Numbered from the stretch's first letter, positions 36,499 through 50,581 are shown. The stretch is DNA of 64,000 nucleotides from Sminthopsis crassicaudata (GCF_048593235.1 NC_133620.1:244777929-244841928), one strand, 5' to 3'. The notes: generated by a model from the letters alone, not told the origin. Translations and numbers: made by a program.

Positions 36499-39400
36499 GT
36501 GAATTTTCTAATCCCATTAAAATGTGCATGAACTGAACCATACTCATTTTGAACATGAAAGACAAGAAATAAACACAATCAGGAGAGTTCAATGCTTAAA
36601 CATTATTTAAAAATAAATACAATGATAAAATATGCCACGATATAATTACAGTCATTGAAAAATATGTTCAATCCTGAAATACACTTAAATATCAGTAAGA
36701 CAATAAAATAATTGGTATTCTTTATACTTCTGAGCTTATTATAATCAAGTCCTAAACACCACTCCTGATAAACCTAACCTTTGCTTACATTCATTCATGA
36801 CCAAAAAAAAAAAAAATACTGGTTGATCATGATTCATGTTGGGCAAGTTAGTTGAGATAGTTGGGGACTCTAACTAATAGATCACAAGAAATCAACCTGA
36901 AAACATTTCTATTTAGGTCCCCAAAATCTTAGGTTATGCCATAGTTTGGTCCCTAAGCCTGATTTTAGAGGTGAAATGATTTCACATGTGTGCCTATGTA
37001 GCCACCATCACAAATTCGGTCCAACTCCCAGCCTGTCATTTTTTTGCCCTTCTTATTTCATTGCAAACACAGTTTAACTTGTTGAACTAAGTTTTTCTCT
37101 GGCTCTAACCAGTTATTTTGACAATTAACCAAGATGAGCAAGTTATTTTTGGCAGAAGAGATGTTGAATAGTACAGTTTATGTTAAATCTTTGGAACATA
37201 TTATCATTTATGTCACATCCTCAAAAGAAATACTTCATCTATCTTGTTTCCCAAGACCCTCCTGAGAAATTAAGAAAATTTGTACAATGTCACTCTTAAC
37301 AGTCAGCATATCAAGGGACAAGGTTCAATAAGCTAGGGAACATTAACAGATATTGATGAAAAAGTTGGATATCCCTATAAGTACCTTATCTTCCTCTTAC
37401 TGAGGAATCAGGAAAATATCATGATGGAGAAGCGAAAAAAACAAGTAAATTCCTTTCTCAAGTCAAAGAAAAGATAATACTAGGGAAAAATATGTCTTCT
37501 CTGAAAGTGGGCTCAGACACATGTGAGAAGCAATCTATGGAACAGGTAAGGTGAACACAGGACTTCTCCAGGAGTCATCACTCCAGGAGTATAGAAGTTT
37601 GACCTCCAAAGTTCTTAATGGCTAGTTACTACTAATGTCAGGAGGCTAAACAATGAAGTAAACAACTGCAAATAGTTGTGCTATTGCTAGAAAAATAGAA
37701 ATACAAAAATCTAAATGTAAAAATTTAAACATTTTGAAAAATGAAAGGGATTTAAACAATGACCAGATTTTATGAACACTGGACTTGTTCTGAAACACAG
37801 AATCCTATAAAAGATATACTTCTTGTCAGTTGTTTGTCAACAAGGGATGTCTTGGATACTCCAAAGGCAGAGTGATTATAAAATGTGAGAAATCTAAGAT
37901 TATGGGAATTGGAAGAAAATAAACTAAATTAAAAAACTATAAAATATTCAGGAATATTTTTCCTGAAGGAGCAAAACTAAACCAAAAAGTTTATGGTCAA
38001 TCCAGTGTTCAGTGACAAGAAAAACTTACAAAATTAGTAAAAGAATGTTGCTAGCTCAGGTCTTCCCATCAGTCTCTCTTCTTTTTTTTTAAAGGTCAGG
38101 GGACCATAAATAAAGAGAAGCCTAATGGATTACAAAGTGCAAAGAAAGCTTTGATTTAGGGCACTGAAAATGAACTTGTCAAGCTCTGAATTTCTAGAAG
38201 CCCATTCAATTCTTCTAAACACTTTAGCTCTGTACACCATCGTGTGGACAAAAGGAGGTATATCACAGGCTTTCAACAGTTGAGAAAACCTAAGGAGAAA
38301 ATAAATCTGAGACTAACTGAAACTTGAAAAGCATATTTATATACAATTGTTTTATAAGGAAAACTTCAAATGACAATTTTATATCTAGAATATCTTTAGG
38401 GAGTATCTTGAATAAATAAACACAGTCATTAAATACAGAGAACTGATATTCTTTTTAGTTCTGACCAAGTTAAGATATTTTGGAGTCCTTCCTCCTTTTC
38501 ACATTTACCATTAAGACTATGTGTGGACCTATGTTAAAACTATAGAATATATGACCTCAGTAGAGAAGACTATTTAACAAACTCTTATACTTCTATTTGC
38601 ATCCTCACTTCAAAAAGCTGTCTTAATTTGTCATTCCTTATTATATGCTATGGTCAGAAACTTCCCAAATGAATTTTGTGGCTGAGCTCACTCAGCTCTT
38701 AAATTGAAATGTTAAGACTGAGGAATTCAAACAAATTTGGGAAAAGTATACACAGTGTCAATTATTGATGGTCTTGTCATCAAGGCAGAGCTTGTTAGTC
38801 AAACAATTATGCTGTTTGTCTGAAGTATAAAGATTCATGAATTTACTAATTATTCCTCCCTGCTGAGTAGATAAGACATTAATGACATCTCTATAAAAGC
38901 AAACAAATGTTTTTGGAATGAAAAAAAATATTCTATGAAATGAAGAAGACTTGGCAATTATCCATAACATAGTTAAACTAGGTACTTTACAAAAAGTTCA
39001 TTTCTGTAATGAGAATTTTCTTTTTTTTAATTTGTTTCAAAGTAATTGGATGATGGCCAAATCACGACTTCATTTGATCATGTATTATTTGAACCCAAAC
39101 ATCTTTGCTGTGTTGTAAATTTACTTAAATTGTAAGAAGGAGCAAAAGTGTTTGAGGGTAAATAAAATAAGAGAAGGATATTCTCACCTTAACTCCATAT
39201 CCTTATTTATTCTAAAATGAAAACCAGTTCCCAGTTCCCAAGTAAAAAACAGGGAGTTTGTATCCTGGGGACAAATCGTCTTTGCCTTATGTATCAATTA
39301 ATGCAGTAATAATAAATAAAATATTTTTCTTTATCAAAAATCTGGAAAAAATCATTAATGCAAATCCTCAAAACAGGAATAAATCAATAAGACCTTAATC

Positions 39401-39836
39401 AAAATTACCAAGAAAAAATTAACAAACAATAGAAAAAAACCATACTCCTATAAATATATGTAAGTATGGGAAGTAGAGTCACCCATACTGAAATGAACAT
39501 ATTTCATTATAGGATAAAATGAACTAGGTCAATAAGCCATGTGAAAGCATAAATTTAAGAAAGCAATGAAACAAATATCATTACTCAAAAGCAAAAGATA
39601 TTTTCATCTGTGAAAATATTTTAAAAATACTACAATAAATATTTTTTCATCTAATGAAGGAGGGAGGAAAAAGACAAACAAATAATGGGAGATTAGTAAG
39701 TAAAAATAATATTTTAAATTACAAAAATGTTCAACCTCCTGACAAATTCAAGTAAATTAACACTATAAAATCTTATTAAGAAAGGTACAAGTTTTGAGAA
39801 TCATATTTCAATTACCCCAAATTCTAAATATACACT

Positions 39837-39844
39837 TAGCACCA
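39837..39844 (-). promoter_or_regulatory. miR-29 8mer target site in COL19A1 3' UTR
   Basis: tagcacca on + = TGGTGCTA on -; a second 7mer-m8 site at 39938-39944. Confidence 0.65.
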
Positions 39845-41957
39845 TGTCATAACTCTCTGTATACTTCTTTTGAATATAACATCCTATTAAAGAAAAACAC
39901 TTATGAAGACTCCAATCATAAAGTTTGTTTAAAACACAGCACCATTGTAGGTATCACCACAAGAAATAAACTAGTGTTGAGCAGGAATTCATAATTTTAA
40001 AAAAACACAAAAATTGTGAGAAAATTTGGAATTACTTGAATGATACAAAATAAATCAATGCAAATCAATTAAAACAAAACAAAACAAACAAAAGATGTTC
40101 CATGTATTCCTAGCCATATATAGTAGCTGAAAATGAAAAGTATTTAAAATCATGAGCACAGCTAAGTACAAGAAACATCCTAATTTCAGTTCTGCCAATT
40201 CTTCAGTTCTTTTCCACTTTCAATTCCAGACATGCTCCACAGACATGATGACTACATTCAGACTGTTTCAATTTCAGAGTCCAATTGTACTGTCTGTAGA
40301 GCTTTTACAATGGAGTTGCCATCTTAACCTTATTTTCGATGAACAGACAAAAGTCATTTTCCATTCTGCTCTAGGAAAACTGGAACCTCTTTATTAAGAA
40401 GAGAAAGTCGGGAAGTGAGGCCTTTCTACAACAGTGTTAAAGGGAGATGCACCCCTATCCTATAAGTGACATGGCCTTTGAATCTCTACAATCCATTTGA
40501 TTAGCTATTGTAGGTATAGCTATCAAACATTTAAAAAAAACTCATTTCTTACAACCAATGGTAACTTCCTGCTAAGTTAATAACTATGAAACAGCTTGTG
40601 TTGATTGAGAATCCAGTAATGGTTATAATTTCATTTTCTTCTGTTTTAGACAACATTGTCATTAATTCCTTTTTTGTACTCTCCCCCTGCTCCCATATCG
40701 ACATATACTACTTGGTATTCCTTTTCCAGGAGCTTATATAAATGTTTCAAAGGAGTCCCATCTTCTGAGATTCTGAATACAGGTTGCAAGAGCAGAGATG
40801 TGTGGTTGCTGGCCATCATCTGATCTGTGTCCTTTGCTCTATTTGGGGAGGGTATTTAGTAAATACATACTTTCTGATGTTGAATACTTGCTATAATTCT
40901 CCATTCACCTTTCAGGAGGTTCCCCCCAAACTACTCAGTTTTATTATATATGGGCTCTTTTTGGCAGCGATGGACCCAGTTGCTTTTTTGCTTAGATGGT
41001 CTTTTCTCGTTAGTCATTTGTGAGTCATTAAGCCCAGGTACCAAAAGCTGTGAGCTCTTTGCGGCTTCAGATGTGATAAAGAATCCTTAGTTCACTTCAT
41101 CATTATCATCATCATCATCAAATATTTCTTCTTTACAGAATCCATATTCTGTTTCACAGTTGAAGATTCTATCTACTAGGTTGGTCATAGTATCTACAAT
41201 TGGAGACGTGTACATATTGTGATGGAACATATGGATATATGTATTGAAATTTTTCTTCCCCCATGTTATGGGAGCTAATATTGCTCAGCTTTAAACTGAG
41301 TTAATCATTAGATAAAAAACAAAAACAAAAGTTTACTTTATTTATAAAGGTCAGTTTTTGAGTTCTTTAAAATTATGAGAATCTCCTGAGAAGTGGGAGA
41401 GCAACACAATTTCTATCATTGTTATATAGGAAATTACCAAAAGATTTGTCTGACTAAATTGGAAGGCAGTAGCATCACACCCTTAGGCCATCAAAAGTAG
41501 ATGGAAAAATTCAATATGAAGTATATTGGAGTAAAGAGTTGACAGGAAACTTCAGCGAGAACATTCAATTTAAACTTTAAGACAACTTGTAATTCTGTCT
41601 CTTCTATGCCTTAGAGCAATGAAACTCATGGATGAGACAGTAAAAATATGTACATTTTTCAACTAACTAAACTGTTAAGACAATTTCCTTTCAAAGAAGG
41701 AAAGCTCATGATAATGTTTGGGCTTGTTTATCTTATTGAAAAATTTCAATAAGACAGTAAAAATAAAATAAATCATTGGGAATGGAGTTGGAAAAAATAG
41801 AGGTGTTTACATCAGAAGCTGGAGTCAAAGGATTTGGCTTAAATGCTCTCAAAGTGCTGCTCCAGGACGATTGATTTGATTAAAACAAACCAAGTTCCAC
41901 AGATTTTTCAATTGGTAGAGGTCATCACTAGACATCAGGCCATTTTCATGAAGCTGC

Positions 41958-42091
41958 TCATTTTCCACTTTCATGTCCTGGTGGCTGAGCATGAGACACA
42001 GGATGGGAGCAGTCATCTGGGTTACACCGTCCACTAGGTCCGGGGGGACCCTGAGGCCCTGGAATACCGGGTGTACCTGGCATACAAGTTG
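41958..42091 (-). CDS. COL19A1: Collagen XIX alpha-1, terminal exon ~51 coding part (COL1/NC1)
   Basis: tttactag|CA...TGA; (A)TCMPGTPGIPGPQGPPGPSGRCNPDDCSHPVSHAQPPGHESGK*; FACIT C-x4-C motif, human GPSGRCNPEDCLYPVSHAH. Confidence 0.95.
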
Positions 42092-42244
42092 CTAGTAAAA
42101 TAAAAGAAATCATTAGTTTGGAGACAAAGGGCCACATCCTCATCTGCTACTCCTAAAAGTAGGAAAGTCAAGGATAAAAAGGAATATTTTTCAAAAAAAA
42201 AAAAAAAAAAGGCTTATTGGTTGTGAAGACAATACCATCATTAC

Positions 42245-42322
42245 CTGAAGGTCCAGGAAGACCAGGATTTCCTGGGAGCCCAATTCCAGGTTCACCTCTT
42301 TCTCCTTTCTGTCCTCTGTAAC
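42245..42322 (-). CDS. COL19A1: Collagen XIX alpha-1, exon ~50 (78 nt, COL1)
   Basis: tatatag|GT...CAG|gtaatg; (G)YRGQKGERGEPGIGLPGNPGLPGPS(A). Confidence 0.96.
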
Positions 42323-42698
42323 CTATATAACATATATGCAAAAAATAAACACAAAACAATAAAAGTGCTCTGTGACAGTAGAACAAATGCAACGACTGTT
42401 TTCAAGTTTTCTTATTCTTAAATGTTACTTTAAGATTAGATGTTATTCTTAAATATTAAATTAAGATTAAATGGTAGCTGTGTTCTTTGGTCTCAAACAC
42501 ATGGTTAAACTTCTATATAATTCTCAAGTTAAAATTTAATAGACCATCAAATCATAGATCGGAATCACCTCTTTAAATAAATAATAATAATTTAGTGAAG
42601 AAAACATGGATTATCTGACACAGACTACAGGTTTGATTATGGGGAAATCATTTAGCTTCTCAGGACTAGGCAATTCTCTAAAATTACTAAATTGCAAA

Positions 42699-42700
<2 letters not shown>

Positions 42701-42761
<61 letters not shown>
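42701..42761. repeat. (GT)n microsatellite
   Basis: About 30 perfect units. Confidence 0.98.
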
Positions 42762-42762
<1 letters not shown>

Positions 42763-44753
42763 TGTTTCCTTACTGAGGGTTGAATTCACTGGCACAATCA
42801 CTGATTCTCTTGCTATAACAATTATAATAATGTTATTACTTTTTAAGATAATAATTTACCATTCACATTTTCTTGGTCAAACTCTAGATAATGAGCATCA
42901 AAATAGTCTCAAAGCAATTAAAATGAAACTTATCTTATTCCTCAAATTATTTTGAAACAGAAATGGACATAAATAACTATTTGATCATTGTTACTTACAA
43001 GGCTAAAGCATCATATTTAATGACTTGCCTTAAATGTCATTCTTTTAATTAAATAAATTGGTCATGAAACAGTTCAAGTTTCATCAATTAAATAAAGTCA
43101 TTATATATTTAACAACATGACAGCTAGAATATGTGTATATATGTGACATACTTGTTAACCATTGGATAGAGAATAAGGGCTTCGTTCAATTCACCATTTA
43201 TATTTTTTATTTATTGTACAAGTTCTCATGCCTTATGAGGGCTAAGATTTTATTGCTCCCATGAGTTGGAAACTACAAGGAGGGTTAGAAAAATAAGGAG
43301 ATGAAACACTGGTTGAAAAAGTTGAATAAATATCAATCAGGCAACATTTCTTCAGTTGAAGGCAACTGAGCCCAAATGGACAGTGTTGGGCCATTTATCT
43401 ACCACAAATTACTTTTTATCAGAACCCATAGACAAATATCAAACGATATAAATATAGGGACTTTCAAAGAATGTGTTTTAAGACTAGGAAAAGATATCCA
43501 GACACTACAGATCTTTAAATTAAAGCTAAGCTCCACATCAAATTCAACACCAACTTGTACTAGTTGCTAAACTCACTTAACAGTAAAGAAACTAGAAGAC
43601 AGATGATACTTTTTTCCACTTTCTTTTTATCTAAGGAGCATTTGACATCAGAATAACAAAACAACCATGCAGAAACATGCAATTGACATAGCCAAAGATG
43701 GAATGGCAATAGGAAATAATCAATGCAGAAAAATTAGCTTCAAATTGGTCATGCATTGTAATAACTATGTCCCATTACAACAGACTGATGGCAAGTACAT
43801 GAAATCTATAGACTCATGGCTCCCTACAAACAGCATATGAAAATTCTTTTGAAATTCTCCCCAGCTTTCCATATATTTATAGAGGTATCTATCAGCCCTT
43901 AGAGATTCTGATTTGCAGATATTCCAACAAGTTAGTGGCACAGTTCATATTCATCTAATGCTATCTGAGCTTTGACTAGGCAAGAAGAAAAAAATACCTA
44001 TGCTAGTTTTCAAACAGCATGAGCATTTTCATGACCATGGGTATTGTTTTTGAGGTGTGCACAAATCACAAATATGAAATAATCAAGAGAAATGACATAT
44101 TTAATAAGTAGGTTGAAGCATATGCCATACGCCTACACAGCAAAAAGTCTCCACATATTTATGGGTGGGATTGATGTTTATTTTAGAAAGACAGCATAAT
44201 TTTGGATTGTATAGAAAAATTATGTCTGATGCATATTGGAACTATATCATAGTTTCATATTAATTAACAATGAAAACATTTCTCTAATGTCTTTTGCAGA
44301 AATGATTTTTATAGGATACATACAATAAAGGAAAAATGTTAATAAGCTTCATCAAAAAGCATTTAGAAGTGCCTAATCAAAAAAAATGCCCTATTACAGA
44401 AAAAAATAAACTTTATATGAGTTGTATTTTATATTCAGCTACACCTTTTATCACTGCATTTTTGGAAGATCAATTACATGAGAATGTTTTGACGATGAGA
44501 AGAAAAAAAAACAATAATGACCGACTAACATCAGACTTGCTATGAGTGAAAGATCTAGAGCTATAGCTGCATGAAGAGATGTAGTTTACAACAAAGAACC
44601 TCATTTATCAACATCTTGCATATGCAAATTAAATTCTGTATTTAGCTTGACCCATCTACTTTAATAGTTATATTACTATACAACCTTTAAAAAAACCACT
44701 AGACACAAATATGTCTGTCTGTCCTTCTCTCTGTAGACACAGTTTATGAGTGT

Positions 44754-44754
<1 letters not shown>

Positions 44755-44789
<35 letters not shown>

Positions 44790-44810
44790 GTATATATATA
44801 TACATACATA
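44755..44810. repeat. (TA)n-rich microsatellite
   Basis: Direct read; a second (TA)n lies at about 45089-45116. Confidence 0.9.
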
Positions 44811-45090
44811 TTCAATGAGCAGTTGGGCTAGATTACTGATAAATAGAAATGGCCCTATTAAGGTAAAGATATCTTATTTCAAATTAATAAATTATAACAT
44901 TTGGAAATTGAAACATGAAGCTGACATTAATTAGTGATTTTGTTCGTGATTTTGGAGGCTGTATATACATACATATATGTACGTATTTATATCTATGAAT
45001 ATATTAAGGAAAAGGGGGTGATTTTGATATACAGAGGAAGTTATAATTTTTTAAAAAGATGATGTGCTATATAACACATGTTACTATGTA

Positions 45091-45122
<32 letters not shown>

Positions 45123-46555
45123 AATGTTACTAACATTTCAATTGGAACTTGATACTTACATTTAAAGATTTCTTTTATGTATCTGCAGTCATATTAGATA
45201 AATATTACTCTATCAGACATTTACTATTGCTCCTGTTGGAGGAATATATCAAAACCCATTTGTGTTCCCTTTGATATAATTTTCAAGCACTCAGACATGA
45301 ATGTTCAGTGATTCAGACTTTGAAGGTCTATATCTATACTAGTCAGATAAATTATTCTTTCGAATAATAGAAGAATCTTTTGGATTAGTGTGTTTGTGGA
45401 TTAACTGTGATCACAAATAATCATTCAACAAACTATTAAATACTAACAAGAATCAGGAAAGGTCTGATAATAGAAGCTTTCTATATATCTATGTCTCTAT
45501 CACCTATCTTTATCTATCTNNNNNNNNNNNNNNNNNNNNNNNNNNNNNNNNNNNNNNNNNNNNNNNNNNNNNNNNNNNNNNNNNNNNNNNNNNNNNNNNN
45601 NNNNNNNNNNNNNNNNNNNNNNNNNNNNNNNNNNNNNNNNNNNNNNNNNNNNNAAGAACTTGAAAGGAGTAGGAATTAAAGAAGAACCTGATTTTCAATC
45701 TGGCAGGTACAGGGATTGAAGCAAACTCATGGATGTGAATTTTCTTTGTTTTGAGTCCCATAAACCTGTATCTCTATACTTTAGAGGTTTCTGAAATTTA
45801 TGGCCTTTTAGCTACAACACCAGATTGTTTCTTTAGAATAACCAGGGGCTTGAGAGGGCAAATGAGATCAGAAAAGTTTAAATAACTTTTCTTTTCTAAA
45901 TTCACATGGCAGACCAGGAGCACAATTAGGGAAATTCTCTCCTCTTTTTCAAATTGCTGAACCCATGTTGACTTATGATTTTCTTGGGCATTTCTACTAT
46001 TTTTCTAAATGAGGAATATCATTACTCCCCTGATGGTAGCACCATGTAGACCTAATGGTGTATACTTCAGGCAAGAGAGAATTGATTCCAAACACCCAGG
46101 AGAATTTTCCTCTTAATTTAGTTAATAGATCTATACTAACAAACTCTGTAGGAGCAATGATAATCTAAAATTGTCTAAAAAGACATTTAAAATAGAATTT
46201 CAAAAGCCTTGCTTTTGGGATCAAAAGAAAAGTATAAATAAAGTCACTGAAAGTAGGAATCATAACTTCTATTCTTATCCAAAGACCTATGATGCCTTCC
46301 CTATTTATCTATACCTCTTAGACTTCCTAGTTTCCTTCAACTCTCAGCTCGGATATCAACTTCTACTTAAGTGCTTTATAATTCCCTAAATTTCTAGTAC
46401 CTCCCCCCTTCAAAATTGTCTTGTAATTATTTTGCAATTTTTACCTTGGATGGCAAATTAAAATGAATCTTGCCCTCAAGGATTTTACATTGTATTAGAA
46501 AAGAGAAATTAGAGATTACAATATATAAAGGAATATATTATTTGTACATGCCATT

Positions 46556-46899
46556 TGTAACGTGCTCTCCTGGCAGTTACAATTACTAGTCTATCCTAGA
46601 CCCACCAGAGTACCTTTGACCACTGTCCTTTGCAGTGTGAGCTCTACCCGGCTCGCCTCCTCTGAGGCCTTCTAAGGTCTCTGGCCACAATCTCTTGAAT
46701 CTATAGCTTAATAACCGGTAGCGCACTCAAAAACAACCACGTGTAATCTTAAAAGCCTTTATTATACCTACTCACATAATGCCCTGACTGATGCCCTGAC
46801 TTGTTGGTTCCCGAGTGAACACCTGGTCAGAAGACCCATGTGTTCACTACCAAAACCCTTACCTCTTTTGGCTACCCATCTTGGCTTGGCCACCCAGAT
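46556..46899 (-). mobile_element. Partial ERV LTR-like element
   Basis: Terminus tgtaac on + (GTTACA end on -), AATAAA on - at 46758-46763 about 200 nt before that end, and several retained CpGs in a CpG-depleted background. Confidence 0.55.
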
Positions 46900-49800
46900 A
46901 TATACACACATATATATGAAATGTATCTCTCCATGGTCTTGAGGAATGTCCTTGTATTTAATATATATATACAGATTATATGCTTGGACTTATACATATA
47001 TGCAAAAATATATGTTTGTGTATGTAATATATATGCATATATATACATCTACATATAACAAAGGCAAGATAATTTTACAGGATAAAATAAAATTATTCCT
47101 GCTCTCAAAAAGCTTATATNNNNNNNNNNNNNNNNNNNNNNNNNNNNNNNNNNNNNNNNNNNNNNNNNNNNNNNNNNNNNNNNNNNNNNNNNNNNNNNNN
47201 NNNNNNNNNNNNNNNNNNNNNNNNNNNNNNNNNNNNNNNNNNNNNNNNNNNNNNNNNNNNNNNNNNNNNNNNNTTGAGAAATTACTTTTAGTGTATTTTG
47301 TAAACATTTTAATAATATATGTATGCATGTATTTATGCATATATGAAGGTGTATATATAATATTTATATGTACATATGTATGTATATATGTATTTTTTCT
47401 TGTCTCATACAAAGGAATATAAGCTATTTGAAGGCAGGGAGGATTTCCCTTTTAAATTTGTAGGTCCAGCCTTTAGTAGGGCTTAGAATATAGTAGGCAT
47501 TTAAATGATTATTGATTGATTAGCTGGTCATTTCAAGCAATTGAAATATGAAACATAACATTATTCCACAAGATATGCTTAAGAGTTAAACACTCCTTTT
47601 TTAAACTTGGATCTTAATCTCACGTTCTCACACTTGATTTTCTTTTTATTGAGTATATACAAGCAAAGGATGTCTGATGGTGCATCTTTCTATTTCTTCC
47701 TTTCCAAAGAAGTTTGTGAACACAAACTGCTAAACCAAAGTATCTTTCTTCCTCACAAACAAGTTCACATACACAAAATTCAAATAGTCTCTTTTCTAGA
47801 GATTTCTGATCCAGTTCTGAATTTGAATAACAAGGATGAAATTTCTGGATCAGTCTGATTGAGCCAGTAGTCTGGAGGTTGACCATTATATTAGTAGGTT
47901 GAACCCCATTTTCTTTTATCTTAGAAAATATTGCTAACTTTGGGAAAGCAAATAATTCAAATTCACAGGAATCATAAACCATAGATCCTGAGCAGGATGG
48001 GATATTAGAATTTACTTAGTCCAACTATCTCAAATTAAAGATAAGGAAACTGAGTCCTACAGTGATTAAAATGACTTGTTCTGGTTGCTGTGTAATAAGT
48101 AGCACAGCCAGCCTTGGAGTTCTTTGACTCGAAATTAAATGCTAAAATATTCTGAATACTAAAGCAGTCACCTATGTGCAGTCAACTACAAATTACTAGA
48201 CTATATCACCTCTTCACAATCCAATACCAACACTTAAATTTTTTTTTCCTTTCAGTTGTGTGCCTGATCTCTCTGTGTTTTTAAAAACCAAGTTACATAG
48301 CATCACACATATGTGCAGAGGTATCTTCTCTACTAATCATATTCCTACTTTTCACTTGAAATTCCATATCACCAAAATCTATTCAGATTTTTCAGATTCT
48401 CTGAAAGTTCATAACCTTTTTTTTCTGTTATGTACCTTGTAACCTATTAAAAAGTACACTTAAAAAAGAGACAGTAGTAGAGGTTAGAAGACATATTTTA
48501 AATTATAAATTAAATTACTTTATGATGCTTGTGTTCAATATGAGAAATTAAATAATTGAGAACTATGTTTAAATTGACTTAAGTTACTTTGTAGCTTCAA
48601 ATTAACTTTTCAGTAAAAAGGGTTAACATGTCATCTTGCCAGTCTTTACAAAGGGAGGCTTTGTTAAAAAGCTAAAAGCATGTCATTTATAAATCAGATA
48701 AGGTATGCTTTAACATTCAAATAAAATTTTCCATCAGGTCTCTACTCTTCCATCTAATATGAATAACAGTAGTATTTGACACTCCAGAAAGTAAAGGAAT
48801 TTTATTATGAGCCCAGCTATAATTATGTTATGAAAAAGCAATTATTTGCAAATTGCATGCTGAGGTTCAAATTTTAGACTCCATTAAGTACTTCCTATGG
48901 GACTCAAGGTAAGTCTTTTAATTTTCTTGAACCTGTTTCTTCACCTGAAAAATGAGGAGTATAGATTAGATCAACTCTAAGTTCTCTTCTAGCTTTAATT
49001 ACATAATCCTATGAGCTAGATATTTAGCAAAAGCATTATTTTTTAAAAATGTCCCCATTTTCAAAACATATTCAATAGGATTATTCTATTACAACCATTT
49101 ATACTGCTTATCCTTTCTTTGGAATACTTCCTGCCTGGACAATCTAACTGTAGTTTGTAGAGCATATGTTAAATGGTTAAGGAATGAATAAGTGATAATT
49201 CACTACAGACCACCTCTAATCCCATGAACTCTTTCCCTGGATTTCTCATTTCTGCATGTTCTTCTCTTCTTTGGTGATCATTTCACCAAACTCCAGCCAT
49301 GCATTTGCTCCTATCAGTGTTAATAGTCCTTAGACATCATGGTTTTCACAGCAGTTCCATGTATTTTCAGCTGGGTACTCACTCTTCTGTTCAGTCTGTG
49401 ACTTGATCTGACTTTAAGGCAAACCAAACTAAAAAAAGGTAATAAATGAAGCAATATTTCTACAATGATGTAGACTACTTAGTGATATAGCAATAGTAGG
49501 AATGGCCATTTTGGAAATTTTTCTTATCTGTTTTGTCTTTTCTGTGACATTCTCACTAGTTATGACTTGTAGGAAATTGACAGGGGAGTGACAGGAGTTT
49601 TTAATTGCTTCCTTGATGCCTTTTTCTTCCATGCCAAAAAAATCAGGTGGGATGACACTAGAAATCACACTAATTAAAATCAAATATACCAGGAGAGAAT
49701 TTGGGAAAACTGACTACAGTTGCAGCTTTTTAATTTCTGATGAACAAAAAGATGAGTTTTACATTTTGGAATACTTTGTACAGAAACAAGAAAACTTTTG

Positions 49801-50581
49801 AGGTGCAGAGAAATAGCATCAAAGGGAAATTATTGAGTGAAGGGCAGTTTTGGTATGCACTTCATTCAAATTAAGTTAAGCCTTATCTCCCTTCTTTATG
49901 CAAGGTATCCTTTGATTTCAAGGGTCCTGGAGGTAAAAACAAACAAACAAACAGTGTAAGGATGACGGTGAGAGGGAGGAAGGATAGAGAGGAAACACAT
50001 GAAAGATTGTGGCCTTAGTTTTTCCTTTGGAAACAGTTCCTTATTTGCATTTAATATTCCCATGTTAGAGCTGCACATAGATTCTGAGACCATAGCCAGA
50101 GTTTAAGGGAGATGGGGTAGTTTACGAATAGAGTCTTATTAATAGTTATCACTGAAAAAATATGTTGGACCAAACCACCATTTGTGGAAAAGTCACTTCA
50201 GTTTGTTCATTAAGTAAATAGAATTAAGTAAATATGGATAATAATTTCTGCTCATATGATAAATTAGTTTTGAAATTCTTAGATATCAAATGCTCAAAGA
50301 AACATGTATATATTACTTGTTGTTAATATAATAGTGTTATTGCTATTACTAATTGAATTTATATTAGCAGCATTTAAAATTGATCAATTTAAATCCCAAC
50401 TGGAATAAGAATTTTTATTAGCTAGCACACATCTCTGGTACTAGTAGTTAATCATTAGTTTGTAAAACATTGCTATGGTCTTAAAACATACATTATTAAG
50501 AAACTACATGGCTTCTTCTGCCTTTAGATGTATTGATTGAATAAGAAACCTTAGAGGTAGAAACTGATAGAAAAAACTTAC

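Larger units (their letters stand above)
36360..41957 (-). other. COL19A1: COL19A1 long 3' UTR (extent inferred)
   Basis: About 5.6 kb with no SINE or LINE I can recognise; miR-29 and Pumilio sites on the minus strand; AATAAA on minus at 36375-36380; human COL19A1 has a multi-kb 3' UTR. Confidence 0.55.
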
